64,000 nucleotides of DNA from Truepera sp. Lineage in GTDB: Bacteria; Deinococcota; Deinococci; Deinococcales; Trueperaceae. How positions within the stretch are numbered: position 1 is the stretch's first letter; the number at the start of each line of letters is the position of its first letter. Shown here in pieces: positions 1 to 10,906 of the stretch. The notes beneath the pieces were generated by a model. It had not been told where the DNA came from and searched no databases. It saw nothing but the letters and a program-made list of their open reading frames with translations. The DNA lies in NCBI GenBank assembly GCA_965218435.1, contig CBDCKW010000005.1, positions 32,001-96,000 of the forward strand, read 5' to 3'. The translations under genes and the position numbers were made by a program.

Positions 1-5
1 TTGAG

Positions 6-443
6 ATGAAAACAACGTTCACCACAACCATCAAAGCCTCGGGCAACAACACAGGCATCGAAGTACCGCCTGAAAACATCGCCGAGCTGGGCTCGAGCAA
101 AAAGCCACCTGTCAAGGTCTATCTTCCCGGTTACAGCTACTCGAGCACGGTGGCGGTCATGGGCGGAAAATACCTGATTGCCTTGAGCAAAACCCACCGC
201 GAAGCAGCGAAACTTCAAGCAGGGGACGAGGTAGAAGTCACGCTCGAGCTGGACGAAACGCCGCGCACCGTCGAAGTGCCGGGCGATTTGCAAGCGGCGT
301 TGGAGCACGCGGGCGCAACAGCCTCGTTCGAGGCGTTAGCCTTTTCAAAACGCAAGGCGTTCGTGCAGCAGGTAGGGGACGCCAAGACCGAAGAAACCAG
401 GGCGCGGCGCATCGCCAAAATCGTCGCGTCGCTTAGCGAATAG
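6..443 (+). CDS. DUF1905 / YdeI-OmpD-associated family protein
   Basis: N-terminal TGIEVP...KPPVKV beta domain; C-terminal VEVPGDL...KTEETRARRI OmdA-like motif. Confidence 0.8.
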   Translation: MKTTFTTTIKASGNNTGIEVPPENIAELGSSKKPPVKVYLPGYSYSSTVAVMGGKYLIALSKTHREAAKLQAGDEVEVTLELDETPRTVEVPGDLQAALEHAGATASFEALAFSKRKAFVQQVGDAKTEETRARRIAKIVASLSE

Positions 444-461
444 CTTAGAAGGGGAGACCTC

Positions 462-692
462 ATGTCGTTTCAATCGTACCTGAACAACATCGAAGCCAAA
501 ACCGGTAAGAACGCCGAGGACTTTAGAAACCTCGCAGCGGAGAAAGGCTTTACCGAAAGCGGAAACCTCAAAAAAGGCGTCAAGGCGGGGGAGGTCGTGC
601 AGTGGCTCAAAGACGACTTCGACTTAGGTCACGGTCATGCGATGGCGATTTATGCGCTCCTCAAAGGTGCAAAGCACGAGGGCAGCGCGTAG
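462..692 (+). CDS. DUF4287 family protein
   Basis: MSFQSYLNNIEAKTGK...WLKDDFDLGHGHAMA signature; SD AAGGGGAG. Confidence 0.85.
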   Translation: MSFQSYLNNIEAKTGKNAEDFRNLAAEKGFTESGNLKKGVKAGEVVQWLKDDFDLGHGHAMAIYALLKGAKHEGSA

Positions 693-974
693 TACCCCTA
701 ACATCCTCTGGAAAACGCTTTGCATCAGCTTCGTTTGTTGCCCTTGTTTGACTTAGCGACGCAAGGGACGCTGAAAGAGCAATAGCTCGGTACCCCCGTT
801 TTTGTACGAGAGACGCGCGCCTTTTGCACAACGCTTACGCATTTGGCAGGTCGTACACACTCAAAAAGTTGAGCAGACGCGGCCTCCTTGGGGTATACTA
901 GCGACGCCACTGGTCAGCACCCGAACAAAGCCAAGCTTTCGCCTTACAGTTAGTTCACGCTGCCCAGGAGGGTT

Positions 975-1448
975 ATGCCTACGCCAATCCGTTTTGAAGA
1001 CTTTACCAGTAACCTGTTCACCTTACTTATTGAAACCTTTGAAAGCCCACCTCGACCTTTCAGCGCCTACCTTGACCAAAACACGGGCCTATTTGACACC
1101 CTCAGCCACCTCTCGGCTGAACAGGCGTCGCAGCCAACCACGGAGGGCGGTACCAGCATTGCCGCTCAGGTCAAGCACCTAAAGTACTACATCGAGGTGT
1201 TTGAACAGTTCTTAGATAGCAAGAAGGTCGAGGCGGACTGGCACGCCAGTTGGCAACCTAAAGAAGTGACACCAGAAGCGTGGGAAACGCTGAAACAAGA
1301 CCTCGAGACAACTTATCAAAGGCTAAAACGAAAGCTTGAGAGTATCGAGACCTGGAACGACGACGCGGTGGGTGACAGCATGGCTATCGTCGTCCATACG
1401 GCCTACCACTTAGGCGCGATACGCCAGATTGGGCGCACCGTCATGTAA
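975..1448 (+). CDS. DinB/YfiT-like helical bundle protein
   Basis: SIAAQVKHL and HTAYHLGAIRQ motifs; SD AGGAGG. Confidence 0.8.
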   Translation: MPTPIRFEDFTSNLFTLLIETFESPPRPFSAYLDQNTGLFDTLSHLSAEQASQPTTEGGTSIAAQVKHLKYYIEVFEQFLDSKKVEADWHASWQPKEVTPEAWETLKQDLETTYQRLKRKLESIETWNDDAVGDSMAIVVHTAYHLGAIRQIGRTVM

Positions 1449-1640
1449 CTTGTGCCACGCTTGCGCCGAGCTGTTCGAACGCCTCTACCTCTTTTCGCTT
1501 GAACGCCGCTGTGTAAACGCCACGCACTCTCATGGATGGCCCTTCTATTAGAGAGTTAGCTAAATCTCCATTTTGGCGGTCAATCTCAGCGACTTGTTGC
1601 CCTTGTTTCGGTGCCATTCAAATGAGGAGAAATAAACTTC

Positions 1641-2130
1641 ATGCTCACTCGAGAAGACATCAACGTAGCCCTAGTCAGTCGATTGGTCGCCACGCAGTTT
1701 CCCCAGTGGGCAAACTTGCCTATCAAACTCGTGGAGCCGAGCGGCTGGGACAACCGAACGTTTCACCTCGGCTCCACCATGATGGTTCGGCTACCGAGTG
1801 CCGAGGGCTACGCGCCCCAAGTGGAAAAAGAACATCGCTGGTTGCCCAAACTCGCGCCGCTGTTGCCCCTGCCCATTCCTGTTCCACTGGCGAAAGGGGA
1901 GCCCGAAGACAGTTATCCCTGGCCGTGGTCCGTTTACCCCTGGCTCGAGGGCGAGACGGCAACTCTGGAACGCATCGCCGACTTACCAGAGTTTGCAACG
2001 ACACTCGCCCACTTTCTCACGGCTCTCTAAACCATAGACGCCACAGCTGGACCCCTGTCGGCACCTCACAGTGGTTTTCGTGGTGGACTCTTGAGTACTT
2101 ACGGCGCGGAGACTCGAGCTACGCTTCCTG
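1641..2130 (+). pseudogene. Aminoglycoside phosphotransferase-family protein, nonsense-interrupted and truncated
   Basis: SGWDNRTFHLG...VRLP N-lobe; TAA at 2028-2030, after which the frame continues TIDATAGP...FRGG; catalytic HGD region is absent. Confidence 0.8.
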
Positions 2131-2153
2131 TTGGGACTCGCTCTTAGTAACAG

Positions 2154-3144
2154 CTAATCTACCATACCCAATCGCGTCACATATTTACCCTCACCGCGAC
2201 CATCAGCGAGCAACTGGTGGACGGTAGCTACACCGGTCAGCGAGCCTATCTCGGTTACGGGAATGTTGAGCTGGCCGGTAGCGATTAGGTCTAGGACGTG
2301 GCGGAGAGCTTCAGCGACACGCTGTGGGGCCGTACGGGTCAGGCTGCTGAGACTAAAACCGCCGACTGCCAAATTACTGCTGATGAGCCGTCCAACGGGT
2401 GGTAGTGAGGCAAGCTGCCCGCCGTTGGCATTGCCGAACAGTACAACGCGGCCACCAGGCGCAGCAACTGCCAAGTCAACGTCGAGCATACTGGTACCTA
2501 ACGGGTCTAAAACGATGTCTACACCGCCGCCAACCACAGCACGTACTTTTTCGGTCAGGTCACTGTCACGAGCGAGTGCGACATCGTAGCCGTTCTTTTT
2601 CGCAGCATAGACTTTCTCGGGGTGGCCGACGGTTCCAATACGCAGCCCCCCACCCAAAATAGGCACCAGTTGAGCTACGGCGCTGCCCACGCCACCGCTA
2701 GCCGAATGTACTAACACGCTTTCGTTGGCACGTAGTCTGGCGACGTCGGTGAGCAGCAGCAAGGCCGTACTCAGCATGACCGGGGCAGCTGCTGCGACCC
2801 GTAATGGTACCCCGTGCGGCACCGGCACGGTCAGTGCTGCTCGGGCGAGTGCAACCTCAGCGAGTCCACCACCCATAGTAAATGCAGCTACCTGCTGGCC
2901 TACAATTAGATCGTTGACACCCATGCCTACCTTACGAACGGTACCAGCAACCTCTAAACCGGGCAGGTAAGGCCACGCGCACATAGCCTGCATCACCCCG
3001 ACGCGCCATCACGTCGATGAAATTGATCCCGGCATAGATGACGTTGATACTCACCTCACCCTCGTTCGGGCAGGGCTCGTCGATCTCCTGCACCACTGTG
3101 AAGTCCGATCCTTGCGACGGTGCGGTCATTACTAAAGCGTACAT
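2154..3144 (-). pseudogene. NADPH:quinone oxidoreductase (MDR family), frameshifted near 2980
   Basis: AGINFIDVMARRG in ORF 2932-3144 and PGLEVAG/ASGGVG in ORF 2154-2996 are in different frames. Confidence 0.8.
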
Positions 3145-3156
3145 AACAGTCCCCTT

Positions 3157-3211
3157 TTCGACATTCGTCGTACGACGAATGTTATATCATAAACATACGA
3201 CGAACGTCGAA
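3157..3211. promoter_or_regulatory. Palindromic operator(s) between the divergent oxidoreductase and ArsR genes
   Basis: Perfect 22-bp palindrome ACATTCGTCGTACGACGAATGT (3161-3182) plus a further half-site TACGACGAACGTCGAA (3196-3211). Confidence 0.7.
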
Positions 3212-3224
3212 GGAGATGTACGTG

Positions 3225-3569
3225 ATGCCTAGATCACAACGCCGCTACACGAGCTTGGCTCACCCGAAAGCAACTGATTTCGACCTGTTAGATATCCTGC
3301 ACGCACTCGCCGACCCCACCCGCATGATCATCGTCCAAACCTTACTTTCCGACCCGGAGCGAGCGTGTGGCACCTTTAACGTAGAGGTTGCGCCTTCTAC
3401 GCTCTCTCATCATTTTCGGGTGCTTCGTGAAGCCGGGGTTATTCATCAGCGCGAGGAAGGTAACCGCCGGTGGACGACTCTTCGCCTCGAGGACCTTAAA
3501 ACTCGTTTTCCCGGTCTCCTCGACGCTATTATTGCGGCCTACAACTACCAAACTGAACCGCCTTCATAG
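3225..3569 (+). CDS. ArsR/SmtB-family transcriptional regulator
   Basis: ALADPTRM...STLSHHFRVLREAG winged HTH. Confidence 0.9.
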   Translation: MPRSQRRYTSLAHPKATDFDLLDILHALADPTRMIIVQTLLSDPERACGTFNVEVAPSTLSHHFRVLREAGVIHQREEGNRRWTTLRLEDLKTRFPGLLDAIIAAYNYQTEPPS

Positions 3570-4049
3570 TCATCATATCGCCTCAAATTCCATTCTAAAA
3601 GCCGTGTCGCATTACCGCGACTTTATTCTGGTCTTATAACGACGATGTTGTGCGTGAAACCGGCCCAATGCACGCATAAGCAGCTCTGTTTACCCACATC
3701 CTCCATCGTCGTTGCCTTTACCTGGGGTTAAGTTCAACCACTTTAACGTGAACTGCTATCAAATCGGGTACATTAAATCTGTTATTGTGCTCTTTCAGGC
3801 GAAAATCGTCGGGCGTTCTATTCGGGCCTTCCGGCGGACAACGCAACGTGGGCGAGGGGACGCGGCTGGGCGTTGTGGAAGGCGCTCATTACCCTCGCCC
3901 AACGTCTCGACACCTATCCTCAAGAAGCTGTCAAGGCCCGGTACGTGATTGATGAAGTGCTGGCTGATCCTATTGCTTGATAACGCCGAACAGTTCGGAG
4001 AACTTTTCATGATCACGCTTCTTGGAATAGAGCCCATAACCATCAGCAC

Positions 4050-4991
4050 TTACGCCGAAAAGATGCGCATCAGGTGATGGGCCATCGTCTCAGGTGCGGC
4101 ATCACGCAGGTAGTCAGGCCAATAGAGCAAACGTGTACGCCTCTCGGACTCGTTCATCGAAAACTTGATGGCATCCTCATTCACGCTCTCAACGCCCGAT
4201 GCTTCAAGGGCACTGCAATAGGTTGCGATAACGGCGTCTTGAGCAATGTCCGCTCCATTAGCCTCAGCCCGTTGTATTAAAAACGTTAGGTCGCTTGGAC
4301 CATATCCAATTCGCACCTCTTGCCAGTCTGCCCAAAGCAAACGACCCTCCCCATCGCGCAGCAGGTTGTCGAGATGACAATCTCCGTGGCACAAGGTCAT
4401 TGTCGTGTCTGGGCCGTAGTCTGGTTCTGTCCTGACCTCCACTAAAGCCGACTCGATTTCACCCAAGGTCGCGTCGGTCAAGACTTCACGAAGTTGTGGT
4501 TGCTGTGCCAGAGCCTGCCAGGTTTCATAGGCGTGTCGCGCATCCTTGGTAAGGTCTGACGGCTTCGGCTTTTCCAGCCACGATAAGTTATCAAGCTGGT
4601 CGGTGTGGTTCCAGTACACAGCATGAAAACTCGCCAACTCTCTGGCGATTTCGGTGAACTCAGCCCCCTTCAGTTCACTTGCAGGCTTCATAGGCGTATA
4701 TGCTGCGAGCAAAAGCGCACAAGAACCAGATTCTTCTATCAGACTCCCTAAGACGCGCGGGGTGTGGAGCGGTATACGCGCTGCCAACTCGTCGTAAAAG
4801 TAAATCTCACGGCAGCCTCGAGCCCGCACGTAAGCTGCACTGTCGGCAGCAATCACTTTCAACACACACAGCTCAGTGAGTCCGTGAACCCGGTAAGTTG
4901 CTGCCCCGGACACGCCACCACTCAACAACTCCAGGTCAGCAGACAACGCCTCTTCAATTTGCAAACGCCGGGTTTTCTCTCCGGTGTCCAT
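4050..4991 (-). CDS. APH/choline-kinase-like phosphotransferase
   Basis: GGVSGA P-loop, LCHGDCHLDN catalytic motif, DWQ. Confidence 0.85.
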   Translation of the reverse strand: MDTGEKTRRLQIEEALSADLELLSGGVSGAATYRVHGLTELCVLKVIAADSAAYVRARGCREIYFYDELAARIPLHTPRVLGSLIEESGSCALLLAAYTPMKPASELKGAEFTEIARELASFHAVYWNHTDQLDNLSWLEKPKPSDLTKDARHAYETWQALAQQPQLREVLTDATLGEIESALVEVRTEPDYGPDTTMTLCHGDCHLDNLLRDGEGRLLWADWQEVRIGYGPSDLTFLIQRAEANGADIAQDAVIATYCSALEASGVESVNEDAIKFSMNESERRTRLLYWPDYLRDAAPETMAHHLMRIFSA

Positions 4992-5109
4992 GCTTGCGCC
5001 AATTTAGCAAAAGGTATCTTGCCTGTATTGACACAAAAAATATCGCCACAATCTCGCAACCACTCAACACACCACCTTAGCCAAACCTCGCTATTACGGC
5101 AGGCGGCGG

Positions 5110-5394
5110 TTGAATCACATGCCTAAGTTCGTGGCTTCGACGACCCTTCAAGAAACCGAGTGGAAAGCAACCCTAATAGAGAGTGAGGTTGCCGAAGGCG
5201 TCTCTAAGCCAAAAGAATCCCAGAACCTTCTAATCTACGGTAGTGCCAAGCTGGTGCAGTCACTCATGCAGCATGGCCTTATCGACGTGTACCGGCTGAT
5301 GGTGCATACAGTTGTTCTCGGGCAGAGGCTTCGTCTTTTTGTCGAGAAGAGTACAACGACGGGCTTTGCACAGAAAGTCCACAAAGAGTTATAA
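5110..5394 (+). pseudogene. Dihydrofolate reductase/RibD-C family fragment
   Basis: PKFVAS..L, YGSAKLVQSL...LIDVYRLMVH; N-terminus missing. Confidence 0.7.
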
Positions 5395-5507
5395 ATGAGG
5401 GGTGCGCGCATCATCTCAGCGTGGTCGTACTAGGCTCAACGCTGCCTGGAACATCATCTTTAGACTGCACGTTTTGTAACTGCTACTTAGCCGATGGTTT
5501 ATCCTCT

Positions 5508-6764
5508 TTATGCCGGTAGTTTGACGATAAACCGTGCACCGCCCTCCTCACAGTTGGCAACTGCGACCGTCCCACCATGCAGTTCAACCAACGTCTTGAC
5601 GATGGCCAAACCCAAACCACTACCCCCCGTCAATCGGTTGCGGCTGGCTTCAACGCGGTAAAAGCGGTCGAAGATGTGCGCGAGAGCTTCTTCGGGAATA
5701 CCCGGACCGCTGTCCTCGACCGTCCAGTTGGTGCCTCCACCGTAGGCGTTCATAGTCACGCTTATCCGACCCCTCTTGGGCGTGTGCTGGAGGGCATTAC
5801 TCAGCAGATTATGAAGAACTTGGCGTATACGAACGGCGTCAACGACGCCCCAAATTTCGGTATCGACATGGTTATAAACAATTAAAATCTCGGTGTCTCT
5901 GGCCTCGATCTCTAAACTTTGGAGCACGCTCTGCGTCAGGACGACGAGTTCAGTCGGCTGCCGGTTGAACTTCAAGCGACCTACCTCGGCCAGCGAGAGA
6001 AGGCGCAGATCATCGACCAGCCGGGAGAGAAGGTCAACTTCTTGAACGAGCGACGCGACTTCCTCCTTATCGGGCCGCAAGATACCGTCTTGAAACGCGT
6101 CGAGTTGGGCTTGCAAGATAGAAAGTGGGGTGCGTAACTCGTGCGCGATGTCGGCGATCAGCTGCCGGCGTTCATCCTCGAGCCGCGCCAATGTTTCCGC
6201 CATCGTATTGAAACGCTTGGCTAGCAGGGTAAGTTCATCTTCGGCGCGTTCAGACCGTTTTGGTAAGCGCACCCTGGCACTCAGGTCACCGCGGGTCACA
6301 CGGTCGGCGGCGGCGGCAACTGCGGCTATCGGCCTCGCTACACGCCACGACAGCCACACGGTTAGGGCCGCTACCGGTAGGGCAATCCACAAGACCAGAA
6401 AGAGTGGAGAAAACCAGCTGTTAGGCTGGTGAGCCTCGAGCAAGAGGTTGGTTATGGCGCTCAAATCATCTGGTGCTACACCGTGCCCGAGTCGTTCGGT
6501 GATCCGCGACGCGAGTTGGTCGCGCTGCTGCGCTTCGCTGAGGGTCAGGTCATCGAGGATGGCGCGTGTTTCCCTACCGAACGCCGTATCCGACCTTGCT
6601 AAAGCCCGCTCGTAGTGCTGACGTTGTGCCCTTGGCATCGGCCAGGTCGGGGTCAGCGTTTGAAAGGCAAGCACCAGCAAGCTCTCGAAAACGACGACGA
6701 CCACAACGATAACAAAGCTCAACCGTACGGCTAGACGTTTACTAAACGGCACTTTCGTTGTCAT
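5508..6764 (-). CDS. HAMP sensor histidine kinase (BaeS-like)
   Basis: Two TM segments, HAMP, HELRTPL H-box, DSGPGI and GSGLGL boxes. Confidence 0.92.
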   Translation of the reverse strand: MTTKVPFSKRLAVRLSFVIVVVVVVFESLLVLAFQTLTPTWPMPRAQRQHYERALARSDTAFGRETRAILDDLTLSEAQQRDQLASRITERLGHGVAPDDLSAITNLLLEAHQPNSWFSPLFLVLWIALPVAALTVWLSWRVARPIAAVAAAADRVTRGDLSARVRLPKRSERAEDELTLLAKRFNTMAETLARLEDERRQLIADIAHELRTPLSILQAQLDAFQDGILRPDKEEVASLVQEVDLLSRLVDDLRLLSLAEVGRLKFNRQPTELVVLTQSVLQSLEIEARDTEILIVYNHVDTEIWGVVDAVRIRQVLHNLLSNALQHTPKRGRISVTMNAYGGGTNWTVEDSGPGIPEEALAHIFDRFYRVEASRNRLTGGSGLGLAIVKTLVELHGGTVAVANCEEGGARFIVKLPA

Positions 6765-7441
6765 GACGGCGCTTTCAGCCGGTAGCCGACACCACGGACA
6801 TTCTGGAGGATACCGGTTAACCCACCCTGCGCGAGTTTGCGCCGCAAATTGGTGATATGCGAGTCCACGGTACGCTCGAGGGCGTCGCTTTCGGGATTGG
6901 CCGCCTCGAGCAGTTCCGCACGGCTATAAATGCGTCCAGGATACTGGGCGAGCTGATAGAGGATGCGAAACTCAACCGGCGTCGGCTCTAGGTCACACCC
7001 CCGTACCGTAGCCGAAAGTTTGAGCGGATCGAGGTACAAGGGGCCGAGCTGCAGCGGGGCGTCGCGGCGGTCGGGTGGCGTGGCGGGGCGGCGGAGTACC
7101 GCCCTGATCCTGGCTAAGACCTCCCTGGGCCGGAACGGTTTAGGGATGTAGTCGTCCGCGCCCAGCTCGAGCCCCAATACCGTATCGATCTCCTCGACGC
7201 GGGCGGTCAGCATGATCACGGGTGTGCTGCCTGCGGCCCGGATGGTTTTAAGCACCTCGAGGCCGTCTAATTCGGGAAGCAGGATATCGAGCAAAACCAA
7301 ATCCGGACGGTACACACGAAATGCCTCCAACGCGCGCATCCCGTTCTCGGCCCGCTCGGTTTGAAAGCCCGCCTCGCGCAGGTACGCCTCGAGGATACGG
7401 GCGAGCTTCCATTCATCTTCAACGATCAAAATACGGACCAC
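6761..7441 (-). CDS. OmpR-family response regulator (BaeR-like)
   Basis: ILIVEDE, LLD, GADDYIPKPF, VRGVGYR; 4-nt overlap with the kinase. Confidence 0.93.
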   Translation of the reverse strand: MVRILIVEDEWKLARILEAYLREAGFQTERAENGMRALEAFRVYRPDLVLLDILLPELDGLEVLKTIRAAGSTPVIMLTARVEEIDTVLGLELGADDYIPKPFRPREVLARIRAVLRRPATPPDRRDAPLQLGPLYLDPLKLSATVRGCDLEPTPVEFRILYQLAQYPGRIYSRAELLEAANPESDALERTVDSHITNLRRKLAQGGLTGILQNVRGVGYRLKAPS

Positions 7442-7579
7442 GAGTTCTTGCTTGCTCCCTTATCCGCCTATCGTAGCGAAACTTCGTTGAGCTTGCGGCG
7501 AGGTATCTTCACACTCGCTCAACACACGCTTGGAAAATGCTCAACCGTCCTCTGGCACGCTGCAAGGCAAGGAGGACAT

Positions 7580-8230
7580 ATGGCATCTGCAACATCTGTT
7601 ACGCTTCAAACCCACGCGTCGCTAAGCCGCCAGTACGACGACGCTGCCCCAAACTGGCAAACGAAGATTCGGCGGTTACGTTATGACCAAGCCTACAAGG
7701 ACACCCTAGAGCGGGTGAATTACCTGGGTCTCGAACCGGGTACCCATGTTTTAGATGCTGGGATAGGGGGCGGGGCGCTGAGCCTCGCGCTTGTAAGTGG
7801 GCTGGGCACCCTTCACGTGACAGGCGTCGATATCGCGCCGAAGATGCTGGTCGAGGCCAGCCATACCCTAGCGGGTGCGGTCGCAAGCTACGACTCCTAT
7901 TGTGCTGATGTACGCGCACTGCAGCTCCCGGATAGCGTTTTCGACGGGGTCGTCAGCGCGCATCTGCTCGAGCATTTTGCTGATCCAGCGGCTGCTTTGG
8001 GAGAACTCTACCGCGTTTTGCAACCCGGAGCACCACTCTTTGTCATGGTGACCCGGCAGGGACTCGGGGGACTGTGGATCAAGCGCAGATGGCCTATCTA
8101 CCCACTGACGCCACGCACGTTGAGGCAAACTCTTGAGCAAGCAGGCTTTCATAAGATTGAGCAGGTTCCGGTTCAAGGACCCCTCTGGTGCCGCCATTTA
8201 AGTCTGGCATTCCTCGCTTGGAAAGTATGA
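7580..8230 (+). CDS. Class I SAM-dependent methyltransferase
   Basis: VLDAGIGGG motif I; start placed at the ATG after SD AAGGAGG. Confidence 0.85.
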   Translation: MASATSVTLQTHASLSRQYDDAAPNWQTKIRRLRYDQAYKDTLERVNYLGLEPGTHVLDAGIGGGALSLALVSGLGTLHVTGVDIAPKMLVEASHTLAGAVASYDSYCADVRALQLPDSVFDGVVSAHLLEHFADPAAALGELYRVLQPGAPLFVMVTRQGLGGLWIKRRWPIYPLTPRTLRQTLEQAGFHKIEQVPVQGPLWCRHLSLAFLAWKV

Positions 8231-8706
8231 AGGTCTCGGTGACGGTCATCTTCTGGCGCTTTCTTGCCTTGACACTGACCGCCTTAACGATGGGACTCAC
8301 CTTTGCCCACGCGCTCGAGGCACTTCCCAAACTGCGCTGGAATGGGGAGCTCTACCTCTCGGTGCAGACCAACCTCTACTACCTTTTCGGCAACGTCGGC
8401 GCAGCAACCGAAGTTGGAGCCATCGTAGCTGCGTTCGTCCTTACGGCTCTTGTTCGGGATCGAGGTAGGGTCTTCGGCTGGACACTAGCAGGTGCGCTTA
8501 TCTTTTTGAGTTCCTTGGTCGTGTGGTTTTTATTCGTTGCCCCCGTCAACGCTCAAACGGGTGCTTGGCAGCAAGCGAGGGCTGTTCCTGCCGACTGGAA
8601 AAACTGGCGTAACCAATGGGAGGTAGCTCAGACGACGTGTTTTGTGCTGCACCTGTTCGGTTTCGGGGCACTGCTGCGTTCGGTTTTACTCGAGACACCC
8701 TCATGA
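8227..8706 (+). CDS. DUF1772 / anthrone oxygenase-like membrane protein
   Basis: Four TM segments, AHALE, PVN, PADW...RNQWE; ATGA coupling to the upstream gene. Confidence 0.75.
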   Translation: MKVSVTVIFWRFLALTLTALTMGLTFAHALEALPKLRWNGELYLSVQTNLYYLFGNVGAATEVGAIVAAFVLTALVRDRGRVFGWTLAGALIFLSSLVVWFLFVAPVNAQTGAWQQARAVPADWKNWRNQWEVAQTTCFVLHLFGFGALLRSVLLETPS

Positions 8707-9770
8707 AACGCTTTTGGCAGGTTGTCCTGAGTCTTTTTGCGTTTACAGTCATATCTATCGTCGTGACGAGTTGTGCGCCTGTTTACACCCAGGCTTTTCG
8801 TGATGCCAAGGGCAAGCTTGTCCCGAAGAGTGTAGCGGTGATAGAGCAGATTCGTATTAACGGCGTTAACCAGAGCTTGTGGTTCCGTGGTGTAAATATC
8901 GATAATCTCGCTCTCATCCTGCTGCACGGCGGGCCGGGAACCAGTGAGTCGGCGCTCTTTCGCCACTATAACAGCGAGCTGGAAAAGCACTTCTTGGTGG
9001 TGTACTGGGAACAGCGCGGGGCAGGACGCTCATATCATCCCCCCCCTGCGTCGATGACCGTCCGGCAGTTCGTCGCTGATTTGCACGAGGTCGTCAAGCT
9101 GGTCAAGCGGCGTTTTGGTAAGGATAAAGTTGTGCTGCTCGGGCACTCGTGGGGCACGGTGATCGGCACGCTTTACGCTTCCGAGTATCCGGAAGACGTG
9201 GCTGCATATGTCGGCGTGGGTCAGATTGCCGACGTCGCTGAGGGTGAAAAGTTGTCCTACCGGTTTGCCCTTGATGAGGCTATTCGTAGGCATGACCAGG
9301 CCGCGTTTCGGGAGCTTAGATGGATGGGTCTGCCGCCCCACACCGTCGCTGAGCTGTTAGCGAAGGGCCGCTGGGTCGAGCGGTTCGGCGGCGATTTCCA
9401 CGCCGACATGGATACCTGCAGCCTGATCTGGGCTGCGCTTTCGGCTGATGAAACGAACCTCGCCGACCTGATTAAATTCGGTCAGGGGAACGCGTTTTCG
9501 CTCGAGTATCTGTGGCCTGAGTTCTCTCACGTTGCACTCGACGATCACGTTCTAAATTTTAAGGTGCCGGTGTTTTTCCTCGAGGGACGCCACGACTGGA
9601 ATGTCCCTGCCGTACTCGCCGAGCGGTACTTTCAGAAACTTCACGCACCCTACAAGAAGCTTATCTGGTTTAGCGGGTCGGCGCATAACCCGCCCTTCGA
9701 GGAGCCTGACGTTTTCGATAAAGTTTTGATTCAAGAGATATTACCGGTAGTAATGAGCCAGGTTGAGTAG
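8703..9770 (+). CDS. Exported alpha/beta hydrolase (proline iminopeptidase-like)
   Basis: Signal/lipobox-like N-terminus, LHGGPG, GHSWG, SAH. Confidence 0.85.
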   Translation: MKRFWQVVLSLFAFTVISIVVTSCAPVYTQAFRDAKGKLVPKSVAVIEQIRINGVNQSLWFRGVNIDNLALILLHGGPGTSESALFRHYNSELEKHFLVVYWEQRGAGRSYHPPPASMTVRQFVADLHEVVKLVKRRFGKDKVVLLGHSWGTVIGTLYASEYPEDVAAYVGVGQIADVAEGEKLSYRFALDEAIRRHDQAAFRELRWMGLPPHTVAELLAKGRWVERFGGDFHADMDTCSLIWAALSADETNLADLIKFGQGNAFSLEYLWPEFSHVALDDHVLNFKVPVFFLEGRHDWNVPAVLAERYFQKLHAPYKKLIWFSGSAHNPPFEEPDVFDKVLIQEILPVVMSQVE

Positions 9771-10039
9771 ACGTTCCGCTGGGACAAGAAGTAGTTTGCT
9801 GCCCACCGCCAAGCGTTAGCTCGTCATTTTGAGGAGCGTCGAGCCATGACGGAGAGTGTTACGGGCAAATTTTTACTGCCTAACTCCTTGACGTAAGAAA
9901 TGACGAAATAAGGTTCGTTTAGGCGGTATCTTAGCGCGTTCCAGTTAACCGCCTATGCTGCAAATGGGCTGGAAGCACGCGCAAATACTACGTTGCTTAA
10001 CACTACTTTGAAACGGCAAGGCTCAGGACGTCAGCAACC

Positions 10040-10906
10040 TCAAGGAACCGACTTCTCTAAAAAGTCCCGAATAGCTTGGGTGATCTGCTCCTTTGCCTCT
10101 TCTTGGAGAAAATGACCCGCGTCAAGCTCTGACGTTTCGGGATTCTCGAACATCGTTTGCCAGCGAGTTAAGAAACTCGGGGGTACCAGCTTGTCTTTCA
10201 TCCCCCAAAGTAGCAGGGCCGGTTTATCTGCTATCGCCACTCGCTTGTCCCACAATGTCTCAAACCACCCGTTAGACTCAGCAATCGTAGCGACAAGTTC
10301 GTAGAGTGCTTTACGGCTTCGTGGCGTTGGAAACGGTTCCCGGTAGTGCTTGAGCAGTTCATCGGTCAGAACTGTTCGGTCCGCAAATCCCAGCCGTTGC
10401 AAGGGTACGTTGACCGAAAAGTTCAACCGGGTGTAGAGAAACCTACCCAACGGATTGCCAAGCACTTTCCCTGCTCTTTCGAGCGACGCGTTAGGCCACA
10501 GCCAAGTATTCATCACCACGAGTGCCCGAACGTTTTCAGGATGCTCGAGCGCGTAAGAGAGACCGATGGGGCCGCCGAAGTCGTGGACGACCAGCACAAT
10601 ATCTTTAAGCTCGAGCTTGTCAATAAGTCGCCCCAAATTCTCTGCGTGTGCTACTGGGGTATAAGCAAACGCTTCGGGTTTATCTGAAAGACCGAAACCG
10701 AGCTGATCCGGTGCAACGCAGCGATAACTATCAGCTAAGCCTCGGACGAGGTGGCGGTACAAAAATGACCAGCTCGGCGTACCGTGAACCATTACGATAG
10801 GTACACCTTCACCTTCGTCTAGGTAATGCATACGACCTGATTCAACCTCGAGGTAGTTTCCTGCAAAAGGATAGAATGCCGGGTTAAGCCATATAGGTCG
10901 GGTCAT
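10040..10906 (-). CDS. Haloalkane dehalogenase-like alpha/beta hydrolase
   Basis: HGTPSW, GFGLSDKP, VHDFGG nucleophile, GHFLQE. Confidence 0.88.
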   Translation of the reverse strand: MTRPIWLNPAFYPFAGNYLEVESGRMHYLDEGEGVPIVMVHGTPSWSFLYRHLVRGLADSYRCVAPDQLGFGLSDKPEAFAYTPVAHAENLGRLIDKLELKDIVLVVHDFGGPIGLSYALEHPENVRALVVMNTWLWPNASLERAGKVLGNPLGRFLYTRLNFSVNVPLQRLGFADRTVLTDELLKHYREPFPTPRSRKALYELVATIAESNGWFETLWDKRVAIADKPALLLWGMKDKLVPPSFLTRWQTMFENPETSELDAGHFLQEEAKEQITQAIRDFLEKSVP

